A stretch of 64,000 nucleotides of DNA from Candidatus Adlerbacteria bacterium (lineage in GTDB: Bacteria > Patescibacteriota > Minisyncoccia > Phycocordibacterales > SBAW01), in NCBI GenBank assembly GCA_963749085.1, contig CAVVLG010000002.1, positions 83,178 to 147,177 of the forward strand, given 5' to 3'. The notes beneath the pieces were generated by a model. It was not told where the DNA came from. It saw only the letters and a program-made list of their open reading frames with translations, and made no database searches. This document shows positions 9,466 to 19,434 of the stretch, in pieces. Numbering within the stretch: position 1 is the stretch's first letter; every line of letters starts with the position of its first letter. The position numbers and the translations under genes are program-made.

Positions 9466-10760
9466 GTGAATGCCTCATAAATTGCACGCACCGCTCGAGC
9501 ATAGTCGCTGTTGGTCACCCCGACGATGATGCTTATCTCACTGGCACCCTGATCCATCATGCGTACATTTATATTCTGTTCGGCCAGGGCCTGAGCAAGC
9601 CTCGCGAGTACTCCGGGCTTATGCGCCATTGCGTGACCGACCGTACAAATGAGCGAAAGATCATCGGTAACGCTCAGTCGATCCGGGTTACATTCCCGCT
9701 TGATGTCTTTGATTAGTTGGTCGAGTTTTCCAGCAACCGTGTGGCTGTCGATGACGACGCTTACGCTATCAATGCTTCCCGGTAAATGTTCGAACCCCAC
9801 CCCGTTATCTTTGAGAACGCCAAGCAGCTTCCATACATAGCCGACCTCATTGTTCATGTTGGCCTTTTCAAGGGCCATGACGGTGAAGTGTTTTCGACCT
9901 GCAATGCCGGTTATAGAACCGGGCGCTCGCGCGGGTGCCTTATCGTCGGCGACTATCATCGTGCCAGCCCCGTGGTAGTCGTTCGTATTGCGTATACAGA
10001 TAGGAATACCGGCTTCCCGGACAGGGAAAACCGCTTCGTCATGCAATACGCGCGCGCCGGCATAAGCAAGCTCCCGCATCTCGCGGTAGGTCATAGCTTC
10101 TATCTTACGGGGATTCTCCACAATAGTGGGATCGGCCATGAGCACCCCCGATACATCAGTCCAGTTCTCATACATCGATCCACCAAGAGCCGCCGCCGCA
10201 ATCGCTCCAGTGATGTCAGAACCGCCACGGCTGAAGTTTCTTATCGAGCCGTCCGGCATTTCGCCATAGAATCCCGGGATGACCATGCCCCGTTTTGTAA
10301 ATGGAAGGAACCGCTCAAAGCGTGCAACGGTCTCCGACATATCGAGCGAGCCGTCAATCTTAAAGCAGATGAGACAGGTTGCATCCACGAACTGGTAGTC
10401 GAGAGCCTCGGCGAGCATCGTAGCCATGTAGTACTCACCACGGCTCACGAGCATGTCGCCGGTCATTCGGTAGAGGTCCGAAGTATCGGTATACAATCCG
10501 AGACCTGCTGCGAGGTCAGCGAAACGTTCTCGCACAAGTGCTACCTGGCCCGTGTAACTCGGCATGCCCCCGTAGAGATAGCTCCGGTAATCGATGAGAA
10601 TATCCGTCACTTTATTGTCGAAGGCATGGCGTTTTCCCGGTGCAGAAACGACCACTACTTTGCGGTGGGGATGATTCCTTACGATTCCGACGACTTTCTT
10701 TACTTGGGCAGCATCCGCGAGGGAAGTGCCGCCGAACTTTGCGATGACAAGATCACCCAT
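9462..10760 (-). CDS. lysC: aspartate kinase
   Basis: KFGGTSLAD, VVVVSAPGK, FSRGGSDITG, WTDVSG, two ACT domains; AGGAAGG SD before MGDLVI. Confidence 0.95.
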   Translation of the reverse strand: MGDLVIAKFGGTSLADAAQVKKVVGIVRNHPHRKVVVVSAPGKRHAFDNKVTDILIDYRSYLYGGMPSYTGQVALVRERFADLAAGLGLYTDTSDLYRMTGDMLVSRGEYYMATMLAEALDYQFVDATCLICFKIDGSLDMSETVARFERFLPFTKRGMVIPGFYGEMPDGSIRNFSRGGSDITGAIAAAALGGSMYENWTDVSGVLMADPTIVENPRKIEAMTYREMRELAYAGARVLHDEAVFPVREAGIPICIRNTNDYHGAGTMIVADDKAPARAPGSITGIAGRKHFTVMALEKANMNNEVGYVWKLLGVLKDNGVGFEHLPGSIDSVSVVIDSHTVAGKLDQLIKDIKRECNPDRLSVTDDLSLICTVGHAMAHKPGVLARLAQALAEQNINVRMMDQGASEISIIVGVTNSDYARAVRAIYEAFT

Positions 10761-10843
10761 GTGCACCTTCCTGTGATAGGACAAGTCTCGGCGCACTGTA
10801 CCAAACTTTAACAGAAGTTCAATTGTGGTATGATTTACGTGTC

Positions 10844-11794
10844 ATGGAAAAACCGAAAACGATGCCGAAAGATTTCTTTCTGTGGGCCGGAGCGATGCTT
10901 TCGCTATATGTGAGCGTCTTTTCATTTTTAGGCCTTATGTTCGATTTCGTCAATTACGCATTTCCCGATCCACTTGCGTACTATCCCGCTGATCCGTATT
11001 CAGGCAGCGTCAGCTACCAAATGGCCTCCCTCATCGTGCTTCTGCCTCTCTTTCTGGTGCTGATGTATTTTATCGATCGGGACATCAAGCGGGATCCGAC
11101 GCGCAGGGACATTTGGGTGAGGCGCTGGGCGCTGGTATTGACGATTTTCGTCGCGGGAGTGACCGTCGCCGTGGATCTTATTGTGCTTCTCATGAATTTC
11201 TTCAACGGGGGGCTTACGACGCCGTTTCTCCTCGACATTGTGATGGTATTTTTGGTTGCGGCGGGAGGTCTCATGCATTTCAGCGCAGATCTGCGCGATT
11301 ACTGGCAAAAAAATCCGCAGCTTCTCCATCGCGTGGGATGGGGAGTGGGGATACTTGCCGTACTCACCATTCTCTCCGGCTTTCTTATCATAGGCACTCC
11401 TTGGCAGGCGCGGTTGTATCAGTTTGATGCGGATAAAATAAGCGACTTGCAAAACATCCAATCGCAGGTCGTCTCCTACTGGCAGCAAAATGACAGACTT
11501 CCCTCAACGCTGAGCGATCTCAACGACTCGCTTTCGGGCTATTCGCTTCCGACTGACCCGCAAACTGGTCAGTCCTACACCTATCAGATAGAAGGCAAGT
11601 CATCGTTTCAATTGTGTGCCACGTTCAATACCGACAGCGGCGGCCTCAATATCATAAATCCTGGAGGGCCTATGATCCCGGCCGGCCCAGCCGGTGCCGG
11701 TGACATCGCCAATAATAACTGGCAGCATGGCTCGGGGCCGACCTGCTTCTTGCGCACCATTGACCCCGCGCTCTATCCTCCGGTTACGAAATAG
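10844..11794 (+). CDS. DUF5671-like membrane protein with pilin-like C-terminal domain
   Basis: PKDFFLW N-terminus, about 5 TMs, then DLQNIQ...LP.TL.DL...DPQTG..YTY...FQLCATF as in CPR pilin-like domains. Confidence 0.75.
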   Translation: MEKPKTMPKDFFLWAGAMLSLYVSVFSFLGLMFDFVNYAFPDPLAYYPADPYSGSVSYQMASLIVLLPLFLVLMYFIDRDIKRDPTRRDIWVRRWALVLTIFVAGVTVAVDLIVLLMNFFNGGLTTPFLLDIVMVFLVAAGGLMHFSADLRDYWQKNPQLLHRVGWGVGILAVLTILSGFLIIGTPWQARLYQFDADKISDLQNIQSQVVSYWQQNDRLPSTLSDLNDSLSGYSLPTDPQTGQSYTYQIEGKSSFQLCATFNTDSGGLNIINPGGPMIPAGPAGAGDIANNNWQHGSGPTCFLRTIDPALYPPVTK

Positions 11795-11827
11795 CAGCGG
11801 TATTTTCTCTATGCTAGGGTAGGGTGT

Positions 11828-14248
11828 ATGTCCGCGTACGACCATAAGAAGATTGAAGCCAAGTGGCAAAAAATTTGGCAGGAAACCGACGCATACAAGA
11901 CTGATACTGATACGAGCAAGCCCAAATACTACGTGCTCGACATGTTTCCATATGCTTCGGGCGCCGGCCTCCATGTGGGGCATCCCAAGGGATATATAGC
12001 CTCCGATATCCACGCGCGCAAACGGCGTATGGAAAGATATCGTGTGCTTCATCCCATGGGTTGGGACGCGTTTGGTCTGCCCGCCGAAAATTACGCAATA
12101 AAAACAGGGACATCGCCGCAGAAAACAACCGACGAATCAATAGCGACGTTCAAAAAACAAATTTCAATTCTCGGCCTCTCCTATGACTGGGCGCGGGAAT
12201 TGGCGACAGATAAACCCGAATATTACAAATGGACGCAGTGGCTTTTCATCAAATTTTTTGAGAAAGGATTGGCGTATAAAAAGAAAGCACTAGTCAATTG
12301 GGATCCGGTGGATCAGACCGTACTCGCTAATGAGCAAGTACTTCCCGACGGCACGGCCGAGCGCTCGGGTGCCAAGGTGGAGAAAAAAGAACTTGAACAG
12401 TGGTTTTTCAAGATTACCGAGTACGCCGATGAACTTATCGGAGATTTGGATAAGGTGGATTGGCCCGCATCAACAAAAATAAACCAGCGCAACTGGATAG
12501 GGAGAAGCGAGGGACTTGTTTTTCACTCACCGGTCAAAGATACCGACATCGTCATAGAAACGTTCTCGGCTCATTTTGAAGCATATTGCGCGGACACCTT
12601 TATTGTCATTGCCCCGGATCATCCGCTCTTGCCGGTGTTGCTCGAAGGAATTTCAAATAAAGAAGAAATTTTATTGGGAGCCAAGGATATGGTTCGCAAG
12701 CGCACTGAACAAGGTAGGGAGGAAGTGAAGGAAGTGGAAGGAATTTTTACTGAACGCTATACGGTGGATCCGATTGGAAACGGTGAGCTTCCTATCTGGA
12801 TCGCAAATTATGCCCTGGCGGATTACGGAACGGGGATAGTGAAATGTTCCGCTCACGATGAGCGCGATTTCGCCTTTGCAAAAAAATACAATATTCCTCT
12901 AAAGGCAGTGCTTGTTCCTGAGGAAAAGGAATCCCGCACTCAAGTGGAGCGCCTCGAAGTGTGTTACAGCGACATGAAAAACGGTATATTGCTTGAACCT
13001 CCAGCATTTGCCGGCAAGCGAGCGAGAGAAGTCCGAAATGAGATAATCGAATTTGTAGAAAAAGAAGGTCTCGCTAAACGTCGTACTACCTACCGCCTCA
13101 GAGATTGGCTTCTATCGCGACAGCGGTATTGGGGAGCGCCTATCCCGATAGTCTATGACTCTGAGGGAGTGCCCCATATCATTCCCGAAGAACATTTGCC
13201 GTGGCTTCTTCCCACCGATGTGGAGTACCTGCCTAAAGGAACCTCGCCGCTTGGTTCATCCAAGGAGTTGTTCGCGCGTACGGAAAAAATATTCGGCAAA
13301 GGATGGAAGCCCGAAATAGACACCATGGATACATTCGTATGCTCCTCGTGGTATTTTTTGCGTTTCGCCGATCCTCGCGACGATAAAGTATTCGCCTCCA
13401 AAGAAGCGCTGCAGAAGTGGCTTCCCGTCGATCTATACGTGGGCGGAGCGGAACACACAGTGCTCCATCTTATGTATGCTCGTTTCTTTACTAAAGTGCT
13501 GCGAGACATGGGGTGCCTCTCCTTTGGCGAGCCGTTTTTGAAACTGCGGCATCAGGGCCTTATTTTGGCCGAGGACGGGCGCAAAATGAGCAAACGCTGG
13601 GACAACGTCATCAATCCCGACGATATGGTTGGGCGCTTCGGGGCGGATTCCCTGCGCGTCTACGAGATGTTTATGGGCCCCTTTGAGCAGCAAATAGCCT
13701 GGAGCACCGACGGGGTGGTGGGCGTGCGCCGCTTTATCGAGCGGGTGTGGGCGATACAGGGCAAGGTAACGGGGTCGATGGTGGGGCAGGAGACTGCCGT
13801 TTTGCTTCAACAAACAATAGAGAAAGTGTCGCACGACATCGAGCTGTTCAAATTCAACACCGCTGTCTCTGCGCTCATGATTTTTTCAAATCACCTCGCT
13901 ACTTTGAAGGAGATCCCAGTATCGGCCTATGGTGTACTTCTGCAGTTGCTTCATCCCTTTGCACCGCATGTAACGGCGGAAATAGCATCGCTCGGGGGCT
14001 ATGAAAAACTCCTGCACACATGGCCTCAGTCAGAAGCACCCTCGGTCCATCGCACGAGCAAAGTGTCAGTTCAAATAAATGGCAAAGTGAGAGGGGCTCT
14101 GGTTCTTCCTCAGGGCGTCTCAGAAGTCGAGGCACTGCAGCTCGCGCGACAGGAGCCCACGGTGGCAAAATGGCTCTTGCAAGGCAAGGAAAAAAGAGCC
14201 ATTTATGTCCCTGGCAGGGCCATAAATTTCATCGTTGACACTATTTGA
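11828..14248 (+). CDS. leuS: leucine--tRNA ligase
   Basis: MFPYASGAGLHVGH, RDWLLSRQRYWG, KMSKR, VQINGKVR. Confidence 0.98.
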   Translation: MSAYDHKKIEAKWQKIWQETDAYKTDTDTSKPKYYVLDMFPYASGAGLHVGHPKGYIASDIHARKRRMERYRVLHPMGWDAFGLPAENYAIKTGTSPQKTTDESIATFKKQISILGLSYDWARELATDKPEYYKWTQWLFIKFFEKGLAYKKKALVNWDPVDQTVLANEQVLPDGTAERSGAKVEKKELEQWFFKITEYADELIGDLDKVDWPASTKINQRNWIGRSEGLVFHSPVKDTDIVIETFSAHFEAYCADTFIVIAPDHPLLPVLLEGISNKEEILLGAKDMVRKRTEQGREEVKEVEGIFTERYTVDPIGNGELPIWIANYALADYGTGIVKCSAHDERDFAFAKKYNIPLKAVLVPEEKESRTQVERLEVCYSDMKNGILLEPPAFAGKRAREVRNEIIEFVEKEGLAKRRTTYRLRDWLLSRQRYWGAPIPIVYDSEGVPHIIPEEHLPWLLPTDVEYLPKGTSPLGSSKELFARTEKIFGKGWKPEIDTMDTFVCSSWYFLRFADPRDDKVFASKEALQKWLPVDLYVGGAEHTVLHLMYARFFTKVLRDMGCLSFGEPFLKLRHQGLILAEDGRKMSKRWDNVINPDDMVGRFGADSLRVYEMFMGPFEQQIAWSTDGVVGVRRFIERVWAIQGKVTGSMVGQETAVLLQQTIEKVSHDIELFKFNTAVSALMIFSNHLATLKEIPVSAYGVLLQLLHPFAPHVTAEIASLGGYEKLLHTWPQSEAPSVHRTSKVSVQINGKVRGALVLPQGVSEVEALQLARQEPTVAKWLLQGKEKRAIYVPGRAINFIVDTI

Positions 14249-14298
14249 CCCATCGTCTACAGTGTGATATATTAAGCAGCATTAAAGAGCTGAAGTAT

Positions 14299-15342
14299 AT
14301 GGCACCCACGAGCGATAAAACCGGTTTCAAACCTAAAGCGATAGTACGCAAACTGCTCGCGAGTCTGCCGGAGCGCTCGCGCATAGTGCTGGAAGCCCGT
14401 TTTGGCCTCGGCACCAACCCCGAGCGCGTGACTTTGGAGTCTATAGGGAAGCGCTACAATATTACGCGCGAGCGGGTGCGACAAATAGAAAATCACGCCC
14501 TCACACAACTCAAAAAATCCCCTGCGTTTATCGACGCCGACGCGGCTTTTCATGAGCTTGAGCGTATCGTCGACTCTCTCGGCGGCATCGTCTGCGAGAG
14601 CGACCTTCTCAATTTCATTACCAAAGACAAGTCGATGCAAAACTATATTTATTTTCTCCTCGTGCTCGGCAACCCGTTCAAGTTCCGCAAAGAAGACGAT
14701 GAAGTAGAGCGCTGCTGGTACGTGGATCCGGAGCTTGCCAAGAAAGTGGAGCAGGCGCTGCGCAGCCTCTACGAGAGCCTCTCTGACGAAGACCTCATAC
14801 CGGAGGGAGAGATGATTGACCGCTTCCTTAAAGAGATGCAGGACATCAACGACAAGCACCGCAACGCCGAAGTTGCCAAGCGCTGGCTTTCTATTTCAAA
14901 GAAAATAGGCAAGAACCCGCTCGGCGAATGGGGCCATGCGTCTTCTCCCAACGTTAAAACCAAAGGGGTGCGCGATTACGCCTACTTGGCGGTCAAAAAA
15001 CACGGTAGCCCGTTGCACTTCAAAGAAGTTGCGGCTCTTATCGAAAAAATGTTCAACCGTGCGGCACATGTGGCGACCACGCACAACGAGCTCATCAAAG
15101 ATGATCGTTTTGTGTTGGTTGGTCGCGGGATGTACGCACTTAAAGAGTGGGGCTACGCCTCCGGGGTTGTGCGCGACGTCATCCGTAACATTTTGCGCGA
15201 CAACGGACCGCTCACGAAGGAGCAAATAATTGAGAAGGTGCTCAAAGAGCGCCATGTCAAACCTGGCACTGTGGTCGTCAACCTCCAAAATCAGAAATAT
15301 TTCAAGCGCGGCAAGGACGGCAAGTTCGTGTTGGTGAAATAA
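14299..15342 (+). CDS. sigma70 region-4 HTH plus HARE-HTH (RNAP delta-like) protein
   Basis: RFGL...TLESIGKRYNITRERVRQIE; C-terminal THNELIKDDRFVLVGRGMYALKEWG; no sigma region 2. Confidence 0.8.
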   Translation: MAPTSDKTGFKPKAIVRKLLASLPERSRIVLEARFGLGTNPERVTLESIGKRYNITRERVRQIENHALTQLKKSPAFIDADAAFHELERIVDSLGGIVCESDLLNFITKDKSMQNYIYFLLVLGNPFKFRKEDDEVERCWYVDPELAKKVEQALRSLYESLSDEDLIPEGEMIDRFLKEMQDINDKHRNAEVAKRWLSISKKIGKNPLGEWGHASSPNVKTKGVRDYAYLAVKKHGSPLHFKEVAALIEKMFNRAAHVATTHNELIKDDRFVLVGRGMYALKEWGYASGVVRDVIRNILRDNGPLTKEQIIEKVLKERHVKPGTVVVNLQNQKYFKRGKDGKFVLVK

Positions 15343-15364
15343 ATCCCGCTCAGGCGGGATTTTT
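15341..15364 (+). terminator. intrinsic terminator
   Basis: AAATCCCGC-TCAG-GCGGGATTTTT. Confidence 0.8.
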
Positions 15365-15384
15365 CATATGCTAAAATAGTTTTC

Positions 15385-16704
15385 ATGGGTAAGTTCTATA
15401 AAAAATTCAGATTCTATCTCAATCTCTATGCCTTGGAAGGTCCATATATAGGTCTCATATTTCTTTACTTTATTATAGTGTGGGTACCATTCCACTGGGA
15501 TGTGTGGCTTCTCATCTGGGGGTTTTTAGTTGCCTCATTTCCATTCGTGTTGCCGTTGTTACTTGGTGTCATTTTTCTTAAAGCTTATCTGGAGTACAAG
15601 CGCAACCGGTATTACTTTGCCCAAGAATACTGCGTGCTGGAAGTCAAACTGTCCGAGGATATAACCCAGGGGCCCTACGCCATGGAGCTAGTGCTGCGTG
15701 CACTCTACGATACCGGTGAGGTGGATACACCCGCACATGAATGGCGCGGCAACACCAAACCATGGTTTTCGCTGGAGTTAGTTTCAACCGAAGGGGCAGT
15801 GCGTTTCTATCTCTGGATGCGCGTTAAATTCAAAGAGAGAATCAAAGCCCAATTGTATGCACACTATCCGACGGTGCAGGTCGTTGAGGTATCTGATTAC
15901 ACACTTGAGGTTCCGTGGGACAGCGGAGAATATGACCTGTGGGGTATCGAGCAAAATCTGCAGAAGCCCGACCCATATCCGCTCGCGACCTACATTGAGC
16001 AAGGGCTCACCAAGCCGGATCTCAAAGAGGAATTCAAATCAGATCCCATGGTATCGCTCATAGAATTTTTTGGCAGCATGGGCAAAGGAGAGCACGCGTG
16101 GCTTCAGATAATTATTCGTGGGCACACTAAGTGCTATTGGTCAGTCGAAAAATATCACGAACACCTCAAACTCGAAGATTGGACGGAACGCGAAGTGCTT
16201 GAACTAGGGAAAAAATTCGCTGATCAAGACGATCGGCCTAACTATTCGCGCTTGCCGGAGGGTGACAAGGAAGCCGTTAAAGCCATGCAGAACAAACTTA
16301 ACAAGCAGATTTTTGATGTCGGCATTCGCGCCATCTACATCGCTCGCAAGGAGGATTGGAAGGGAGGCATCCGCCAAAACGGGTTTCCGACCATGTTCCG
16401 CTCTTTTGAGCACGGTTCGGAGGGACGAGGGCTCAATGGGCTAAAACCCATTTTCTACATTGGTCCATTTAACGTAAAGTGGCACGATTTTTTAGGCATT
16501 CGTCGCAGAATGCTGAAGAAAAAATTCTATAACGGCTACGTATTGCGACAATATTTCTACGAACCCTACAAGGATCTTCACATAGCGCTTAATTCCGAAG
16601 AGATAGCGAGCATCTACCATTTCCCGGGCAAGGTAGCCCATACGCCGACCTTGCAGCGCATGCCCTCGAGACGCTCAGAAGCTCCCGCCAATCTGCCGGT
16701 CTAG
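15385..16704 (+). CDS. membrane-anchored hypothetical protein, homologous to the N-terminal half of the VirD4-like protein at 54642-57371
   Basis: Collinear motifs FSLEL, QLYAHYP, DP, EEIASIYHFP, EAPANLP; two N-terminal TMs. Confidence 0.8.
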   Translation: MGKFYKKFRFYLNLYALEGPYIGLIFLYFIIVWVPFHWDVWLLIWGFLVASFPFVLPLLLGVIFLKAYLEYKRNRYYFAQEYCVLEVKLSEDITQGPYAMELVLRALYDTGEVDTPAHEWRGNTKPWFSLELVSTEGAVRFYLWMRVKFKERIKAQLYAHYPTVQVVEVSDYTLEVPWDSGEYDLWGIEQNLQKPDPYPLATYIEQGLTKPDLKEEFKSDPMVSLIEFFGSMGKGEHAWLQIIIRGHTKCYWSVEKYHEHLKLEDWTEREVLELGKKFADQDDRPNYSRLPEGDKEAVKAMQNKLNKQIFDVGIRAIYIARKEDWKGGIRQNGFPTMFRSFEHGSEGRGLNGLKPIFYIGPFNVKWHDFLGIRRRMLKKKFYNGYVLRQYFYEPYKDLHIALNSEEIASIYHFPGKVAHTPTLQRMPSRRSEAPANLPV

Positions 16705-16713
16705 TACCACTCA

Positions 16714-17757
16714 ATGGATCCCAAAGAACCCCTTCACCATAGGATTCGGCATCATATTGTGCACACGGCAGGCGTCTGTGACGCGTGGTGTAGGGAAGCG
16801 CGTATGTATGACAGGATTTTGCCCGCCTCTTTTTTGGTCGGGGTGCTGTTGTTTCTTGTATATTTTGTCACGCTCGCAGCCCCTCTTAATTTCCCCAGTG
16901 CCTCGCTGGTGCATATTTCAGAAGGCGCAAATATCACCGAAGTGGCTCAGCTGTTGAAGCAAAAAAATATCATACGCTCGGCGCTCCTCTTCGAAGGTCT
17001 TGAGCGATTGCGTGGCGGCGGAGCCATAGTTATTGCTGGGGAATATTTTTTCCCCGGACCGGAGACAGTGATTACCGTGGCTAATCGCATTGCGTCAGGC
17101 GACCACGAGCTCACGCCGGTACGCGTGACGGTGCCCGAAGGCGTGACAGCAGTCCAGATATCGCATCTCCTCGCCCAGGACGTGCCGGATTTTGACAGTA
17201 CGGGGTTTCTCGCCCTGGCGCAGCCTAAGGAAGGGACCCTCTTTCCCGACACGTACTTTTTTCTGCCGGGGGAAGATGTCGACCTGGTCCTCACCACGTT
17301 CGAGAATGATTTCAACGAGCATATTGATGCCCCTACAGTTGCCGAAGCGATAACGACTTTTGGGAAACCGCAAAGCGAGGTCATTACCATGGCGTCTATC
17401 CTTGAGAAGGAAGCGCCCGATACGAAAGACAGGGAGATAATCTCCGGCATCTTGTGGAAGAGAATCTCCATTGGTATGGCGCTCCAGGTTGATTCAGCCT
17501 TTGTCTATATTTTGGGGGTTGATTCGCTGCAGCTAACCACAGCCGATTTGGCAACTTCCTCGCCGTACAATACCTACACCCATAAAGGGCTGCCGCCCGG
17601 ACCCATTTCTAATCCCTCCCTCGATTCTATCCTCGCAGCAGTGCAGCCGATACAAACAGACTACCTTTATTACCTATCGGATCTGCAAGGAAACATTCAC
17701 TACTGTGCGACGTATGCATGTCAACTCGTAAATCAAAGAAGATATTTAGGGGATTAA
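16714..17757 (+). CDS. mltG: endolytic transglycosylase MltG (YceG-like)
   Basis: VTVPEG, EGTLFPDTY, MASILEKE, SPYNTY..GLPPGPISNP; start uncertain. Confidence 0.93.
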   Translation: MDPKEPLHHRIRHHIVHTAGVCDAWCREARMYDRILPASFLVGVLLFLVYFVTLAAPLNFPSASLVHISEGANITEVAQLLKQKNIIRSALLFEGLERLRGGGAIVIAGEYFFPGPETVITVANRIASGDHELTPVRVTVPEGVTAVQISHLLAQDVPDFDSTGFLALAQPKEGTLFPDTYFFLPGEDVDLVLTTFENDFNEHIDAPTVAEAITTFGKPQSEVITMASILEKEAPDTKDREIISGILWKRISIGMALQVDSAFVYILGVDSLQLTTADLATSSPYNTYTHKGLPPGPISNPSLDSILAAVQPIQTDYLYYLSDLQGNIHYCATYACQLVNQRRYLGD

Positions 17758-17806
17758 AGAAAAAAACACCCTCTACCATCGGACCGGCAGAAGGTGTGTG
17801 GGTGTT

Positions 17807-18280
17807 TCAGTGAAGGGACGATGCTTCGTGGATTTTACTTGTGGCGAGGATAATCCCCCCTGAAACTACGAGTCCACAGCCGAGCAACGCGCGCCACGGG
17901 TTCATCCTCATTTCGAGGAAGACGATTTCCCATACCGATGCCATGATCGGGGAAGAGGCAATAAGTCCAAGTACCAATGCGATGGGTGCCCGCGGTATGG
18001 CCAAAGCGCTGTTCATCAAGATGAAGGAACAGCTCGTGATAAGTCCGATGAGCAGGCATAGGCCGATGGTGGATGAGCCCCATCCAAATGTCAGCGGTAT
18101 AGAACGCACGCTCCACACGAAACTCATGAGTACAGACATCATTCCATAGAACAGAAGCAGAGTCGTTGGAGAAGCGCCCATTTTGACCATTGCCGTCTTC
18201 GACAGCACGGGCACAATGCTGTAGCACAGCGCCGCAAGAAGTGACAGAGCCACTGGGGAGGCGAGAAGTTGTTTGAGCAT
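17807..18280 (-). CDS. EamA/DMT-like membrane protein (single repeat)
   Basis: About 5 TMs and the SSPIMAS...FLEM..W..LLG..LVVSG pattern; AAAGGAAAG SD before MLKQ. Confidence 0.7.
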   Translation of the reverse strand: MLKQLLASPVALSLLAALCYSIVPVLSKTAMVKMGASPTTLLLFYGMMSVLMSFVWSVRSIPLTFGWGSSTIGLCLLIGLITSCSFILMNSALAIPRAPIALVLGLIASSPIMASVWEIVFLEMRMNPWRALLGCGLVVSGGIILATSKIHEASSLH

Positions 18281-18363
18281 CGGGCTTTCCTTTGGTGGGA
18301 ACGAAGGCTGATACACGGTGTAACATTTTTGTTTATCTTCGTCAAATAACCTATAGTGTGAGG

Positions 18364-19425
18364 GTGTCTCTGAAGAAAAAATCAAACGGAAAAGTCTTTG
18401 TGGGGCTTTCGGGTGGGGTGGACTCCGCGGTCTCTGCCGCGTTGCTTCAAAAAGAAGGCTACGAGGTGACCGGTGTCTTTATTCGCATCGCGCTCCCCGG
18501 CTATCCGTGCAGCGCGGGCGAGGATAAAATTGAAGCGCAACGCGCCGCAGCCCACTTGCGCATCCCGTTTATCGAGGTCGATCTATCGAAGGAATATGAG
18601 CAAGAAGTGTTTCGCACGACGCTCGATGAGTTTTCACGCGGTACAACACCCAACCCAGATACACTGTGCAACCAGAAAATAAAATTTGGTCATTTTTGGG
18701 AGTTCGCAAAATCCCGCGGAGCCGAGTATATAGCCACGGGCCATTACGCTCAGATAAAGAATGGGGAGCTTTTTGAGGGAGTGGATGAAGAAAAAGACCA
18801 ATCGTATTTTTTGTGGATGGTACCCGAGGAAGTCCTTCGTTACACACTGTTTCCGGTCGGACATCTGAAAAAATCGGAGGTGCGTACGCGTGCGGAAACA
18901 CTCGGTTTGCCGAATGCTACGCGAAAAGATTCCCAGGGCCTCTGCTTTCTCGGCGACACCTCAATTCAGAATATGCTGAGGAAAGAACTCTCCCCCCAGC
19001 CAGGTCAAGCGTTTGATGAGGAGGATGTGGTCGTCGGCTCGCACAATGGCGCCATGCTCTACACTCTCGGGCAGCGACATGGCTTCGCGCTTTTTTCTCA
19101 TACGCCGACGACGCCTCCGCATTTTGTCGTGGCAAAAGATGCGGCCCACAATAGCATTACCGTTTCAACATCGCGCGTCCCGCGTCACGCCAAAAAAACA
19201 GAAATCATCCTTTCCGATACAAATTGGATAGGGAAGGTGGTATCGGGGATCTATGCCGCTCGCTTTCGCTATCGTGCCGCACTCATACCGGCTCATGTGG
19301 CTGTTGAGACCAACACCGTCGTGCTTGAGGAGGCGCAGTACGTGCCCGAGGGGCAATCGCTCGTGCTCTACCGCGGCAAGCGCTGCCTCGGCGGCGGCAT
19401 CATTGAGAGAGCTTTGCTGCTATAA
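18364..19425 (+). CDS. mnmA: tRNA-specific 2-thiouridylase MnmA
   Basis: GLSGGVDS, TPNPDTLCN, ATGHY, KDQSYFL, DSQGLCF; GTG start inferred. Confidence 0.96.
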   Translation: MSLKKKSNGKVFVGLSGGVDSAVSAALLQKEGYEVTGVFIRIALPGYPCSAGEDKIEAQRAAAHLRIPFIEVDLSKEYEQEVFRTTLDEFSRGTTPNPDTLCNQKIKFGHFWEFAKSRGAEYIATGHYAQIKNGELFEGVDEEKDQSYFLWMVPEEVLRYTLFPVGHLKKSEVRTRAETLGLPNATRKDSQGLCFLGDTSIQNMLRKELSPQPGQAFDEEDVVVGSHNGAMLYTLGQRHGFALFSHTPTTPPHFVVAKDAAHNSITVSTSRVPRHAKKTEIILSDTNWIGKVVSGIYAARFRYRAALIPAHVAVETNTVVLEEAQYVPEGQSLVLYRGKRCLGGGIIERALLL

Positions 19426-19434
19426 TTCTCAGCA

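Noticed and set aside
9786-10811. 341-aa plus-strand ORF
   Set aside because: Antisense shadow of the aspartokinase with no recognisable motifs.
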